DNA of 64,000 bases from an uncultured bacterium (lineage in GTDB: Bacteria; Krumholzibacteriota; Krumholzibacteriia; LZORAL124-64-63). The stretch lies in assembly GCA_963732385.1 (NCBI GenBank), contig CAVSZB010000004.1, forward strand, positions 128,001 to 192,000. Direction: 5' to 3'. Below, piece after piece: positions 20,778 through 32,270 of this stretch (position 1 is its first letter; every line of letters begins with the position of its first letter). A program made the translations under genes and the position numbers. The notes beneath the pieces were generated by a model. The model saw nothing but the letters and a program-made list of their open reading frames with translations. It was not told where the DNA came from and made no database searches.

Positions 20778-21317
20778 ATGCAGCTCGAGTTCAACACGCG
20801 GCACTTCGTGATCGAGGACGAATCCAGGGACAGGATCGAAAAACGGGTCGCCAAGCTCGAACGCTACAGTCCTCGCAACCCGGTTTCCATCCGGCTCACG
20901 ATCACCAAGGAGGGTGGTCGCTTCGAGGCCGAGCTCTCCTACTACCTCCGCAACACCGACTTCCATGCGAAGGCTGAGCGCACCGAGCCCGATCTCGCCG
21001 CCGACGAGGCGATCGAAAGCCTCGAAAGGCAGTTGCGCCGGTTCAAGGACCGCGTGGCCAACCGTGACAAGGGCGATGAGGGGAATACCGGTCTCGGCGA
21101 GGCCATGGCCGCCGGCGAGCTGCTTGCGAGCGAGGGAGCGGTGCTCGATGAGGATGGCTTCCGGTTGAAGGATCTCTCGGTCGAGGCGGCCGTGGAGGCC
21201 TTCCGGGATTCGCGGTATCCGTTCCTGGTCTTCCGTAACCGCAGCAGTTCCCGCGTGGCCGTCGTCTACCGACGCGAGGAGGGCGCCTACGGGATCCTGG
21301 AGCAGCGCGAGGACTAG
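20778..21317 (+). CDS. hpf: Ribosome hibernation factor (long HPF/RaiA)
   Basis: HPF N-domain (A.D.AIE.LERQLRR.K) and C-domain (S.E.A...FLVFRN....VVYRR.EG.YG). Confidence 0.85.
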   Translation: MQLEFNTRHFVIEDESRDRIEKRVAKLERYSPRNPVSIRLTITKEGGRFEAELSYYLRNTDFHAKAERTEPDLAADEAIESLERQLRRFKDRVANRDKGDEGNTGLGEAMAAGELLASEGAVLDEDGFRLKDLSVEAAVEAFRDSRYPFLVFRNRSSSRVAVVYRREEGAYGILEQRED

Positions 21318-21377
21318 ATCCAGGACTGGATCCATCGAGATCCGCAACCGCCGCCGCCGCGGCCCGAAAGCGTCGCC

Positions 21378-22346
21378 ATGAGCAGGATCACCGTCCAGCG
21401 CCTCTGCGCGGATCTCCGCGATGCTCTGGACCTCACCCCCCTGACGCCGTTGCCGGGAGAGGACATCCCGGTCCCGGTGCGCGACGTGCATCGTCCCGGC
21501 ATGGCTCTGATGGGGTTCGCGGAGAATTTCCTGCCCCACCGTCTGCAGATGATGGGCGAGTCCGAGCTGGCGTATCTCGCCGGGCTGCCCCCCGCCGAGC
21601 AGGTCACGGCCTTCGGGCGCGTGCTCGAACTGCAGGCGCCGGCCATCTTCATCGCCCGCGGGCAGGGGCTGCCGGAGCCGCTTCTCGACCTGGCGCGCGC
21701 GCGGGGGGTGCCGGTCCTGCGCACCTCGCTGGCGTCCGTGGATTTCCTGGAGGAGCTGTCGGAACATCTGCGGGAGATCTTCGCGCCGCGCACGGAGGTG
21801 CACGGGTCGCTGGCTGACGTCTACGGGGTGGGGCTGCTGTTCACCGGCCGCAGCGGCATCGGCAAGAGCGAGTGCGTGCTCGATCTGGTGGAGCGCAATC
21901 ACCGGCTGGTCGCCGACGACGTGGTCGAGATCGTCAAGCGGGGCGACGACGTCATCGTGGGTCGCTTCCGCGAAGTGCTGCAGCACAACATCGAGATCCG
22001 TGGCGTCGGCGTCATCGACGTGCAGGCGATTTTCGGCATCAAGGCGATTCGTATGCAGAAGCGGATCGAGGTCGAGGTGCACCTGCAGGACTGGGACGAG
22101 AACGCCGACTACGAGAGGCTCGGGCTGGAGAGGCAATACACGCACATTCTCGGCGTGGCCATCCCACGCGTGGTGGTGCCGATCTTTCCCGGCAAGAACA
22201 TCACGGTGATCGCCGAGGTCATCGCCCTCGATTTCATGCTGAAGATCTACGGCTACGATGCGGCGCAGGCGCTCAACCGGCGTATCCTCGAGACGATGAA
22301 GCCGGGCAGCAACCTGAACCGGTACCTGCGTCACGACAACGAGTAG
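21378..22346 (+). CDS. hprK: HPr kinase/phosphorylase
   Basis: RPG.AL.GF, HG.L.DVYGVG.L.TG.SGIGKSE, LVADD, EIRG.G.I. Confidence 0.96.
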   Translation: MSRITVQRLCADLRDALDLTPLTPLPGEDIPVPVRDVHRPGMALMGFAENFLPHRLQMMGESELAYLAGLPPAEQVTAFGRVLELQAPAIFIARGQGLPEPLLDLARARGVPVLRTSLASVDFLEELSEHLREIFAPRTEVHGSLADVYGVGLLFTGRSGIGKSECVLDLVERNHRLVADDVVEIVKRGDDVIVGRFREVLQHNIEIRGVGVIDVQAIFGIKAIRMQKRIEVEVHLQDWDENADYERLGLERQYTHILGVAIPRVVVPIFPGKNITVIAEVIALDFMLKIYGYDAAQALNRRILETMKPGSNLNRYLRHDNE

Positions 22347-22361
22347 AAGGAGCGGCGGGTC

Positions 22362-22766
22362 ATGATCAGCGGTCTGGTGATCACCCATGGCGCCCTGGGC
22401 GAGGAACTCGTGCGGGTGGTGACGCTCGTGCTCGGCCCGGTGGAGAATCTGGGGGCGCTTTCGAACCGCGGCCTGGGCGCGCGCGACCTGACCGAGGCGA
22501 TCCGCGGCTGGATCGCGGCCGAGCCTCAGCAGGGTGCGGGCGGGATCCTCCTGTTCATCGACGATTTCGGCGGCAGTTGCGCCAACGCGGCCCAGCTCGC
22601 GGTGCAGGCGGGGCCGCCGTCCGGTATCCTGACCGGGGTCAACCTGGCCATGGTGCTCGACTTCCTTACCTGGCGCGATTCGTTGTCGGTGACCGAACTG
22701 TCCCGCCGACTCGTGGAGAAGGGGCGGCAGGCCATCTCGCTCCTTGGTCCCGGCGCGGGCGCCTGA
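22362..22766 (+). CDS. PTS mannose/fructose-family EIIA
   Basis: VITHG phospho-His, D.FGGS..N, TGVNL.M. Confidence 0.88.
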   Translation: MISGLVITHGALGEELVRVVTLVLGPVENLGALSNRGLGARDLTEAIRGWIAAEPQQGAGGILLFIDDFGGSCANAAQLAVQAGPPSGILTGVNLAMVLDFLTWRDSLSVTELSRRLVEKGRQAISLLGPGAGA

Positions 22767-22783
22767 GGGGGCCGGGACGGCGC

Positions 22784-23278
22784 ATGGGCATCGTGCTGGC
22801 CAGGATCGATGATCGCTTCATCCATGGCCAGGTCACGGTCGGCTGGAGCCAGAAGCTGAGGCCCCACCGCATCGTGCTCTGCAACGACGAGATCGCCGCC
22901 GATCCCTGGCAGAGTCGGGTCTACCGCAGTTCAGTGCCGCCCCGCATCGCGGTCGAGATTCTCTCCGCCGAATCCACGGTATCCACGCTTGCCGCCTGCC
23001 CGCCGGGCGAGCGGGTGATCCTCCTGGCCGGTGCCCCGCTCGACATGCACGACCTGCTGGCGCGCGGTCTGCCGCTGGCCGAGGTCAACGTCGGCGGCAT
23101 GCACTGGGTCAAGGGCAAGGAGGAAATGCTGCCCTACGTCTACGTCAATCGCACGGACCTCGATGTCTTTCGCGCTTTTCTGGGGCGGGGGGTGCGGTTG
23201 TCGGCGCGCCCGGTGCCGGGGGCCCGCGAGACGGAAATCGATTTGCCGCTGATCGCGGCGCTCGAGGAGCGGCTATGA
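22784..23278 (+). CDS. PTS mannose/sorbose-family EIIB
   Basis: RIDDRFIHGQV..W, VNVGGMH. Confidence 0.92.
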   Translation: MGIVLARIDDRFIHGQVTVGWSQKLRPHRIVLCNDEIAADPWQSRVYRSSVPPRIAVEILSAESTVSTLAACPPGERVILLAGAPLDMHDLLARGLPLAEVNVGGMHWVKGKEEMLPYVYVNRTDLDVFRAFLGRGVRLSARPVPGARETEIDLPLIAALEERL

Positions 23279-24069
23279 TCCCCCCGTCGCCGGCCATCGT
23301 GATGCTGGCCACGGGCGCCCCTGTGCTGGCCACGGCCGGCGCGGGGCTTCTGGCGCTGCCCTGGCTGCCGGTGGCGCTGCTGGCGCTATTGACGATGGTG
23401 CTCAGCCTCGACGAAACGGCACTGGCGCAGACCTGGCTCAGCCAGCCGTTGCCGGCCGGGCTGCTGGCGGGGGCTCTGTGCGGCGACGCCGCCACCGGGC
23501 TTGCGGTAGGTCTGCCGTTCCAACTCGTCACGTTGGCGGACCTGCCGGTCGGACAGACGTTCACCGGCGAGAAGGTGGCGGCCGTCGTGGCCGGCGTGGG
23601 GGGGGCGATCCTGACCGGGCATGCCCTGCCGCAACTGGCTCGCCAGGCGCCCGAGGCGGCGGCGGGCGCCTTGGGCTGGACTCTGGTGGCGGTCTGCCTG
23701 TTCAGCCTCGCCGGCCACAAATTCGTCCAGATCGAGCGCTCCACCCACTTCCTCTGGATGCTCGAAGGACACCGGACGCTCTGGGACGGGCGGACCGAAC
23801 GGTTGGAACGGCTGCAGGCGAGATGCCTGGTCGCCACGGCCCTGCGCGGACTGGTGCTCTGCCTGCTCTGGCTGACCCTGATGGTTGGTTTCTGGCTGCC
23901 GCTCTACGCTCTGCTTCCGGCGCGTCTCGTGCGCGCGCTGGCCCTCCTGCCGCTGCTCGCGCCGCCTCTGGCCGTGGCCGCGCTGGGCGATCTCTACGGG
24001 TGGCGTAACGCCTGGCGCTGGATAGCGGGGGGCCTGACCGCCGCCATCGTGCTCGCGTGGTGGCTGTGA
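23275..24069 (+). CDS. PTS mannose-family EIIC (divergent)
   Basis: Polytopic membrane protein; QPL.AG...G..CGD...GL.VG...QL....PVG; lies between EIIB and EIID. Confidence 0.78.
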   Translation: MIPPSPAIVMLATGAPVLATAGAGLLALPWLPVALLALLTMVLSLDETALAQTWLSQPLPAGLLAGALCGDAATGLAVGLPFQLVTLADLPVGQTFTGEKVAAVVAGVGGAILTGHALPQLARQAPEAAAGALGWTLVAVCLFSLAGHKFVQIERSTHFLWMLEGHRTLWDGRTERLERLQARCLVATALRGLVLCLLWLTLMVGFWLPLYALLPARLVRALALLPLLAPPLAVAALGDLYGWRNAWRWIAGGLTAAIVLAWWL

Positions 24070-24083
24070 AAGAGGTGCAAGTG

Positions 24084-24863
24084 ATGCAGGCTGGCCGCGA
24101 AGCGTTGCCGCCGCTCGAACTGCCGCCGCGGCGTCTGCTGTGGAGCGTCTGGCTGAGGGCGCTCGCCCTGCAGGCCGCGTGGAACCCCCAGCGCATGCAG
24201 AACCTTGGCCTCGTGACAACGCTGGCGCCGTGGCTGCGGGCCCGCGCGCCCGCCGTACCGATTGTCCGCCGCGTCTGCCGCCGGCACTACGAATTTTTCA
24301 ATACGAATCCCTATTTCGCCAACTTTATAATCGGCGGGTTGATGCGGCTGGAGGATGAGAGTTTGCGCGAAGGGGGCGGGGGAGCCCGGCAGGTGGTGGC
24401 GTTCCGCAGCTCGGTGGCGCGCGCCTTTGCGTCCCTCGGCGACCAGTTGTTCTGGCTTGGACTGCAGCCGTCGCTGTTGCTGACGGCGTCGGTGTTGGCC
24501 TGGGCAGGCCGTCCTTGGGTCGGTTTCAGCCTGATTGTCCTGCTGGCGCTCTGCCAGCTCTGGCTCCGCTGGCTCGCCCTGGGCACAGGTTACCGCCTCG
24601 GGCTTGACATCGTCGACCTGCTCTCCCAGCCGTCCTGGCACCGTTTGATCTGGGCGAGCAAGCGGTCGGGGATGGTTCTGGCCGGAATCCTGGCCGGGGT
24701 GTATCTTGAGGCTCTGGCTGAAACGCCCCCCGGCGGTTTTCGGGTCGCTCTCTGGAGCGCTGGCGCGGGGGGCGCGTGCGGGTTTCTGCTGCACCGGCGC
24801 CTGCCGGGGGAGTTGGTCTTCCTCCTGGGAATCCCCCTTGCCCTGGTCCTGGCGATTCTTTAG
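24084..24863 (+). CDS. PTS mannose-family EIID
   Basis: Q.AWN..RMQNLG, FFNTNPY, LGDQLFW. Start may be GTG 24066 or 24081. Confidence 0.88.
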   Translation: MQAGREALPPLELPPRRLLWSVWLRALALQAAWNPQRMQNLGLVTTLAPWLRARAPAVPIVRRVCRRHYEFFNTNPYFANFIIGGLMRLEDESLREGGGGARQVVAFRSSVARAFASLGDQLFWLGLQPSLLLTASVLAWAGRPWVGFSLIVLLALCQLWLRWLALGTGYRLGLDIVDLLSQPSWHRLIWASKRSGMVLAGILAGVYLEALAETPPGGFRVALWSAGAGGACGFLLHRRLPGELVFLLGIPLALVLAIL

Positions 24864-24917
24864 GGTTCCTGCGTTTGCGGCGCACGGCCACGCGCCGTCG
24901 GGGAGAGGAACGGGCCG

Positions 24918-25196
24918 TTGAAAGCCACCACTGCCACTGTCTCCGATCCGGTCGGTTTTCACCTGCGCGCTGCGGGGCGTATCGTCAAACTCACCAAGCG
25001 GTTCACCGCGGAGGTGACGATCCGCTATAACGGGCGGGCCGCCAACGCCAAGAGCATCATGGGCCTGGCCAGTCTGGCGGCGGAGTGCGGCAGCCGGGTC
25101 GATATCGAGGCGGACGGGCCTGACGAAGGCGAGGCTCTCGACGCGCTCGTCCAGCTCATCGCCATCGAACTCGCTCATCCCGAGCAGGAGCCGTGA
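24918..25196 (+). CDS. ptsH: Phosphocarrier protein HPr
   Basis: His at codon 15 (GFHLRAA), Ser at codon 46 (NAKSIMGL), GPDE.EA. Confidence 0.92.
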   Translation: MKATTATVSDPVGFHLRAAGRIVKLTKRFTAEVTIRYNGRAANAKSIMGLASLAAECGSRVDIEADGPDEGEALDALVQLIAIELAHPEQEP

Positions 25197-25200
25197 CCTG

Positions 25201-26955
25201 ATGCGGACGCTGCGCGGCATCGCCGCCTCGCCCGGTTACGCCGTTGGACCGGTGCACCGGATCGTCAAACGACCCCCCGAGTTGCCGTGCCGCACGGTGA
25301 ACGCGGAGCAGGTCGAGGCGGAGGTGGACCGTTTCCGGGCCGCGGTTGGGCAGGCGCGGGCGGAAATCCGGGTCCTCATGGAGAAGCTCGAGCGGGAACT
25401 CGGCCCGGCCGAGGCGCGGATCCTCGGCAGCCATCTCCTTATTCTTGAGGATGAACTGACCTGGGATCGCACGATTGCCCGCATCCGGGAGGAGCGTCTC
25501 GGCGCGGAGCAGGCCTTCAGCCGCGCCTGCGCCGACATTGCGGTGCAGTTGCGTGACACCGACGCCGTCTTCCGCGAGCGGATCGTTGATCTGCGCGATG
25601 TCGAGGAGCGGGTCCTGCGGGCCCTGACCGGCGAGGTGTCGCCTCGCGTGGCGCCGCCGACAGAGCCGAGCATCGTGGCCGCTCCCAACCTGACCCCGTC
25701 GGACACCGCCGCGCTCGGCCGGCGCAACGTGCTGGCCTTCCTGATGGACGAGGGGAGCCAGACGAGCCATGTGGCGATTCTGGCCCGCTCGCTCGGCGTG
25801 CCGGCCGTGGTCGGTCTCGGTGATGTCGTGGCGGGGTTGACCGACGGAGTGCTGGCGGCGGTGGATGGCGAGGCGGGAGAGGTCGTGCTCGACCCCAATC
25901 CGGAGGTCGTGGAGCAGTGCCGCCGGCGGGGATTTGAGCAGCAGCGGGTGGACCTGCGCCTGGCCGGGCTGCGCGATGCGCCCGCCGTCACCCCCGATGG
26001 CCGGCGCGTGCAGCTGATGGCCAACGTAGAGCTGCCGGAGGAGGCGGACGAGGCGCTGGCGAGGGGCGCCGAAGGGATCGGGCTCCTGCGCACGGAGTAC
26101 CTCTATTTCCGCCACCAGGACATTCCGGACGAGCAGGAGCAGGTCGAAGCGTACGCCGATGTGCTGCGCCGTATGGCCGGTCGTCCGGTCGTCATGCGTA
26201 CCCTCGATGTGGGGGGCGACAAGGTGTCGCGCTACCTCGGCGCCAAGCGGGAATACAATCCGTTTCTCGGCTGGCGCGGCATCCGGTTCTGTCTGGCGAA
26301 TCGCACGCTCTTCAAGACGCAGATCCGCGCCATGTACCGTGCCGCGGCGCAGGGGTCGGCGCGGCTGATGTTCCCGATGGTGACGGGGCTCGAGGAACTG
26401 CGCGCTGCCCGGGAGTTGTGCGCCGAATGTCTGGACGAACTGGCCCGCGAGGGACGGCCGCACGCCCCTGACACGCCGGTCGGCATCATGATCGAAACCC
26501 CCTCCGCCGCCGGCATCGCCGACCTGCTGGCCAGGGAGTGCGACTTTTTCAGCCTCGGCACCAACGACCTCATCCAGTACACGCTGGCCATGGACCGCAC
26601 GAACAGTCGCGTGGCCTACCTTTATCAGCCGCTGCATCCGGCCGTGCTGCGCACCCTGCGCGCGGTGGTGCAGGCGGCCGCGGGTGCGGGCATCCCGGCC
26701 GGCCTGTGCGGCGAAATGGGCGCGGAGACCCGCTACGCCGAGGTGCTGCTCGGGCTGGGTTTCGATGAGATCAGCCTGCACAGCGCGGCGCTGCCGAAAA
26801 TCAAGCAGGTCATCCGCTGGACCCCCTACACGGAGGCGCAGGCCCTCGTGGCGGAGCTGGCCGACCTGGGCACGGCGGCGGAGGCGGCCGCCCACCTGGC
26901 GGCGTATATCGAGCGCAAGAAGCGCCTGCGGCACTACGGGGAGGACCAGCCATGA
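25201..26955 (+). CDS. ptsI: PTS enzyme I
   Basis: GIAASPG, TSH.AILAR, GIGL.RTE, RTLD.GGDK, NPFLGWRG, GTNDL.QY, CGEM. Confidence 0.97.
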   Translation: MRTLRGIAASPGYAVGPVHRIVKRPPELPCRTVNAEQVEAEVDRFRAAVGQARAEIRVLMEKLERELGPAEARILGSHLLILEDELTWDRTIARIREERLGAEQAFSRACADIAVQLRDTDAVFRERIVDLRDVEERVLRALTGEVSPRVAPPTEPSIVAAPNLTPSDTAALGRRNVLAFLMDEGSQTSHVAILARSLGVPAVVGLGDVVAGLTDGVLAAVDGEAGEVVLDPNPEVVEQCRRRGFEQQRVDLRLAGLRDAPAVTPDGRRVQLMANVELPEEADEALARGAEGIGLLRTEYLYFRHQDIPDEQEQVEAYADVLRRMAGRPVVMRTLDVGGDKVSRYLGAKREYNPFLGWRGIRFCLANRTLFKTQIRAMYRAAAQGSARLMFPMVTGLEELRAARELCAECLDELAREGRPHAPDTPVGIMIETPSAAGIADLLARECDFFSLGTNDLIQYTLAMDRTNSRVAYLYQPLHPAVLRTLRAVVQAAAGAGIPAGLCGEMGAETRYAEVLLGLGFDEISLHSAALPKIKQVIRWTPYTEAQALVAELADLGTAAEAAAHLAAYIERKKRLRHYGEDQP

Positions 26956-28010
26956 ACAGCCGGTCCGGGAGCGGCGACGGCATGCTGCCCCTCGTGGCGG
27001 CCATGCCGGAGCATCTGGCGGCCAGCGAACAGTTGCCGGGCCTCGACGCGGTGTCGTCGCTCGACCGCCCGTTCCGCCGGGTCCTGCTGTGCGGACTGGG
27101 GGGGTCGGCCGTGGCGGGCGATCTGGCTCGCCCGCTCGTGGCCGCGGCCGGCGTGCAACTCACGGTGTGGCGCGATTACGAAACGCCGGGCTGGGCTGGC
27201 GACGACACCCTGGTTGTGCTGAGCAGCTATTCCGGTGACACCGAAGAGACCCTGGCGGCGTCGCGTCGCGTTCTGGCGGCGGGTTTGCCGGCGCTGGTGA
27301 TCACCTCCGGCGGCGCTCTTTTGGCCCTGGCCCGGGCCGGCGATGTGCGCGGCCGGTCGGTGCCCGCGGTCGTGCTGCCGGGCGGACTGCCGCCGCGCGC
27401 TGCGCTCGGACACGGGCTGGGCGCTCTGCTGTGGGCATTGCACCGCGCCGGCGTCACGCCGACGCCGCGCGAGGATCTCGCCGACGCCGTGGCGGAGTTG
27501 CGCGCCGGCCGCACGCGCTGGCTGGTCCCCGGGGACCAGTCGGCCGACGAGGCGCCGGCGGTGTTGGCGCGCGCCCTGCTCGGCCGCTTCACGGTGATCT
27601 TCACGACTTCGCCCGAGGCGCACGGAGCCGGCGTCCGCCTGCGGGCGCAGCTCAACGAGAACGCGAAACACCCGGCGAGCCTGGCGGAATTCCCGGAGCT
27701 GGATCACAACGAGATCGTCGGCTGGGAGGTGCTGCGCCGTCGGCGCGAGGCGTTCGCGCTGGTGATCCTGCGCGGCGGCGACGAGCATCCCCGCACGACC
27801 CGTCGTGTGGAGATCACGCGCGAGCTGCTGGCGGCCGAGTTCCACTCCATCCACGACGTGTTTGCGCGCGGCGCCCGTCCGCTGGCCCGCGTGCTTTCTC
27901 TGGTGCAGCAGGCCGATGTCGTCTCCTGCCGTCTGGCCGAAGCGGCCGGCGTGGATCCGCTCCCGGTGGCTCGCATCGACGCGCTCAAGGCGCGTCTCAG
28001 GGAGGAGTGA
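26952..28010 (+). CDS. Bifunctional phosphoglucose/phosphomannose isomerase (PGI/PMI)
   Basis: GLGGSA..GD, SYSGDTEET, PPRAA, Q.NENAK, PELDHNEIVG. Confidence 0.9.
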   Translation: MNSRSGSGDGMLPLVAAMPEHLAASEQLPGLDAVSSLDRPFRRVLLCGLGGSAVAGDLARPLVAAAGVQLTVWRDYETPGWAGDDTLVVLSSYSGDTEETLAASRRVLAAGLPALVITSGGALLALARAGDVRGRSVPAVVLPGGLPPRAALGHGLGALLWALHRAGVTPTPREDLADAVAELRAGRTRWLVPGDQSADEAPAVLARALLGRFTVIFTTSPEAHGAGVRLRAQLNENAKHPASLAEFPELDHNEIVGWEVLRRRREAFALVILRGGDEHPRTTRRVEITRELLAAEFHSIHDVFARGARPLARVLSLVQQADVVSCRLAEAAGVDPLPVARIDALKARLREE

Positions 28011-28014
28011 GTCC

Positions 28015-28989
28015 GTGAAGGCGCTGATTCCGGCGGCCGGCATCGGCACGCGACTGCGGCCGCATACCCTGAACCGGCCCAAGGCGCTGCTGCCGGTGGC
28101 CGGCAAGCCGATTCTGGCCCACATCGTCGACGACCTGCGCGCGGCCGGCATCACCGAATTCGTGCTGGTGGTCGGTTTCGAGGGGGAGGCGGTGCGCGCC
28201 TGGTTCAGGAGCGCCTACCCCGGCGTGCCGGTGACGTTCGTAGAACAGGCCGAGCGGCTCGGGCTGGGGCATGCCGTCTGGACGGCGCGCGATGCCCTTG
28301 GCGATGACCCGTTCTTCTGCATTCTCGGCGATACCATTCTCAAGGCGGACTACGCCGCTCTGCTGGGCGATCCCGCCAACTGCATCGCGGTGCGCGAGGT
28401 GGCTGATCCCCGGCGGTTCGGCGTGGTCGAATTATGCGACGGTCGTGTCGTCCGCTTCGTCGAGAAACCGGAGAGGCCGCCCAGCAATCTGGCGATTGTC
28501 GGCGCCTATCTGCTGCGCGACGCCCCCGCGCTCTGGGCGGCGCTGACCCGCGTAGTGCGGGAGGACCGCCGCACCCGGGGCGAGTACCAGCTCACCGACG
28601 CTCTGCAACTGATGGTGGAGCAGGGGGTGCCGTTCAGCATCGCCACCGTCACCGACTGGTACGATTGCGGCAAACCGGAGACCTGGCTGGAGACGAACCG
28701 CGTCCTGCTCGACCGACATCCGGGTCGCTCGCCGGAAGGCGCCGAGGCGCCCTGCGCGGTGGCGCCGGACGTTGTGGTTGCCGGTTCGCGGCTGGGGCCG
28801 TACGTGTCGATCGGTGCGGGAGCCGTCATCGTGGATTCGGACCTGGCGGACTGCATCATCGGGTCCGGCGCCGAGGTGCGGGGTTGTCGCCTGCGCGACA
28901 GCCTGGTGGGCGAACAGGCGGTAGTGCGCGGTGCGCGGGGACGACTGAACGTGGGTGACTATTGCGAAGTGGTCGTCGAAGGCGCCTGA
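28015..28989 (+). CDS. Sugar-1-phosphate nucleotidyltransferase with C-terminal beta-helix
   Basis: [13 protein letters not shown]...[30 protein letters not shown] start after GGAGGAG. Confidence 0.9.
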   Translation: MKALIPAAGIGTRLRPHTLNRPKALLPVAGKPILAHIVDDLRAAGITEFVLVVGFEGEAVRAWFRSAYPGVPVTFVEQAERLGLGHAVWTARDALGDDPFFCILGDTILKADYAALLGDPANCIAVREVADPRRFGVVELCDGRVVRFVEKPERPPSNLAIVGAYLLRDAPALWAALTRVVREDRRTRGEYQLTDALQLMVEQGVPFSIATVTDWYDCGKPETWLETNRVLLDRHPGRSPEGAEAPCAVAPDVVVAGSRLGPYVSIGAGAVIVDSDLADCIIGSGAEVRGCRLRDSLVGEQAVVRGARGRLNVGDYCEVVVEGA

Positions 28990-29065
28990 GGGGTGCGCGG
29001 CGGCAGGCAGCGGCCCGTTCGCGTCGCCCGGGCGCCGGGCCATCATCACGGAAAAGGAGCGAGCA

Positions 29066-30211
<1,146 letters not shown>

Positions 30212-30317
30212 GACCGGTGCCGGGCCCGGCCGCGCTTACACCGCTGCCGCAGCGCGTCAGCAGGATTCGCGCGGATGAGCGCGGCGCCCGCCCCGCCATT
30301 CGGCGGCTTGGGAGGCA

Positions 30318-30357
30318 GAAAGAAGAGCGCGGCCCTTGCGGGCCGCGCTCTTCGTTT
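30318..30357. terminator. Bidirectional rho-independent terminator between convergent metK and PKD genes
   Basis: GAAGAGCGCGGCCC-TTGC-GGGCCGCGCTCTTC 14-bp stem flanked by A-rich and T-rich ends. Confidence 0.8.
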
Positions 30358-30379
30358 GGACGGAGGCGGAAGGGCGTGG

Positions 30380-31057
30380 TCAGCGCGCCGCGTCAACCTG
30401 GACAGAAACGGTGTCGCGACGGATCACGCTGAGCTGGTCATCGGTGACGGTGACGATGGCGTGGCGCAGGCCAGTATCGGCGGCGCTGTAAGCGAACCGC
30501 GGCGCGTGCCCGGTGAAGATCGTGTGCAAGACGTTGCCCATGTCCCAGCGGAACAGGAAGCGATTCTCATAGTTGCCGGTGTCGGTGTCGAAGCCGCAGG
30601 AGGAGGCGAAAAGGCCGAACTGCACCACTTCGCCTGTCGTGACAGTCGTGTCGGGCTCGGCGCCGTCGCCGGTGGGGATGGCGCGCACGGAGAGCGAATC
30701 TTCCTGCACCGTGACCAGCAGGTACTGGGTCTCGCCCTCGCCGTCCTTGTCGCGCACGCTCAGCGCGACATCGTAGACGCCCGGCGTGTCGAACGTATGG
30801 TAGACCAGGCTTCCGTTGCCGGTATTGCCGTCGCGGAAGTCCCAACCGATCGTGAGATAACTGTTGGCGCCGGTGGGGTCCGATTCAAGGTCACCGCCCG
30901 AAGCGCGGGCCGTGAACTGGACCAGCAGCGGGGCCACGCCGCAGTCGGTGCTGCTGGCCCAGCGCGTGAAGTAGGGGACGAGATTGTTGTCCTGACAACC
31001 GGCCAACAGGACGCCGCTCAGGACGGTCATGATGACGATCACCGGAATCTTCCGCAT
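30380..31057 (-). CDS. PKD-domain lipoprotein
   Basis: Lipobox LLAGC; PKD motifs APL.VQF, WDF.DG, HTF..PGVY.V.L.V.D.DG; second Ig-like repeat with RWDMG. Confidence 0.78.
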   Translation of the reverse strand: MRKIPVIVIMTVLSGVLLAGCQDNNLVPYFTRWASSTDCGVAPLLVQFTARASGGDLESDPTGANSYLTIGWDFRDGNTGNGSLVYHTFDTPGVYDVALSVRDKDGEGETQYLLVTVQEDSLSVRAIPTGDGAEPDTTVTTGEVVQFGLFASSCGFDTDTGNYENRFLFRWDMGNVLHTIFTGHAPRFAYSAADTGLRHAIVTVTDDQLSVIRRDTVSVQVDAAR

Positions 31058-31138
31058 AAGCACATCGGCTCCTGACACGGGCAGGGTGGGGCTCAGCGGC
31101 TGTTGGGGAGGACCGCTGGCGGCAACCCGAACGGTATC

Positions 31139-31167
31139 AAATTAGGCCATCGGGGGGGCCGGATCAA
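31139..31167 (-). promoter_or_regulatory. Putative sigma70 promoter of the PKD lipoprotein gene
   Basis: Minus strand TTGATC-17 bp-TAATTT. Confidence 0.45.
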
Positions 31168-31196
31168 GGGATTCCCGCGAAAAGAGCGCCGAGACT

Positions 31197-32270
31197 TCAG
31201 CGCCGGGCGCGGATCCACAGCGCGGCGGCGAAACCGATAAAAAGGAAATTGCCGCCCCAGCCGGCCAGGACCGGTGGCAGGGCTCCGCTGTGACCGAGGG
31301 CCCGCCCCAGATTCATGGTCAGGTAGTAGCCGAAGCTGATTATCACCGTCCAGCCGAAACCGGAGGCCACGTTCGTCTTGCGCGGTCCCGACGCGAGCAG
31401 CACGCCCAGCGCCACGACGATCAGGTGGATCCAGGGGAAGGCGATCCGGAACTGCAGGTCGACGGCGCAGGAGGTCGCGTCGGCTCCGGTGCGGCGCAGC
31501 AGGGCGACGCGGCGGGCGAGCTGGCGTACGTTCATGTCATCGGGGCGCACCCGCTCGCGATTGAGCTCCTCCGGGGTGACCGAGAGGAATGGTGCCTCCA
31601 GGCGCCGGAACGGCGTGGCCGATTCCTGGTCGCCCGTGAAGATGCGCCGGGTCCCGTCGAAAAGAATCCACTGGTGGCCGTCCCACTCCGCCCGCGACGC
31701 ATCGAGCCGCTCGACGACGCTGGCGTTGCGCAGCGTCTGCACCGACAGGTCCGTGACCTCCCCCTGCTCGGGGCGGTAGGAGCGGGCGTAGTAGAGCCGT
31801 TGATCCTCGCCGGTGATGGCAATGTCGACGGTGGGGCGGGCGCGGTCGGGGCGGTGGTGGATTTCCACGTGGTAGACGTGATCGCGCGCGCTGTTGGCGC
31901 GTGGCAGGACCCATTCGCTCCAGGCGAGGGAGTAGAAGCAGGCCGCGGCCGCCAGGCCGAGCAGGGGGAGCACGATCTGGGCCAGCGAACGGCCGGCTGC
32001 GAACAGCGCCGTCAGCTCGTTGTAGCGGGCCATCGAGCCGACCGTGAAGAGCGCCGCCATCAGCATCGCGATCGGCAGGCAGAGATCCAGCACCCACGGA
32101 ATCTTGTAGAGGTAGTAACGCCCGATCTGCGCCAGCGTGGCGTGGTTGTCGAGGAAGTTGTCCACGTGCTCGAACAGATCCACCAGCAGGAACAGCACGC
32201 ACGCGCCGGCCAGCGTCGTCAACAGGGTCCGCAGGAAGGAGGAGAGGACCACGCGGTGGATGAGGCTCAT
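31197..32270 (-). CDS. lptG: LPS export permease LptG
   Basis: 3 TM, periplasmic domain, 3 TM; LPIA.L.A...G......NELTAL.AAG; GALPP.LAGW. Confidence 0.85.
   Translation of the reverse strand: MSLIHRVVLSSFLRTLLTTLAGACVLFLLVDLFEHVDNFLDNHATLAQIGRYYLYKIPWVLDLCLPIAMLMAALFTVGSMARYNELTALFAAGRSLAQIVLPLLGLAAAACFYSLAWSEWVLPRANSARDHVYHVEIHHRPDRARPTVDIAITGEDQRLYYARSYRPEQGEVTDLSVQTLRNASVVERLDASRAEWDGHQWILFDGTRRIFTGDQESATPFRRLEAPFLSVTPEELNRERVRPDDMNVRQLARRVALLRRTGADATSCAVDLQFRIAFPWIHLIVVALGVLLASGPRKTNVASGFGWTVIISFGYYLTMNLGRALGHSGALPPVLAGWGGNFLFIGFAAALWIRARR

Noticed and set aside
28990..29065. SAM riboswitch before metK
   Set aside because: The gap is short and GC-rich with no SAM riboswitch consensus; metK appears operonic.
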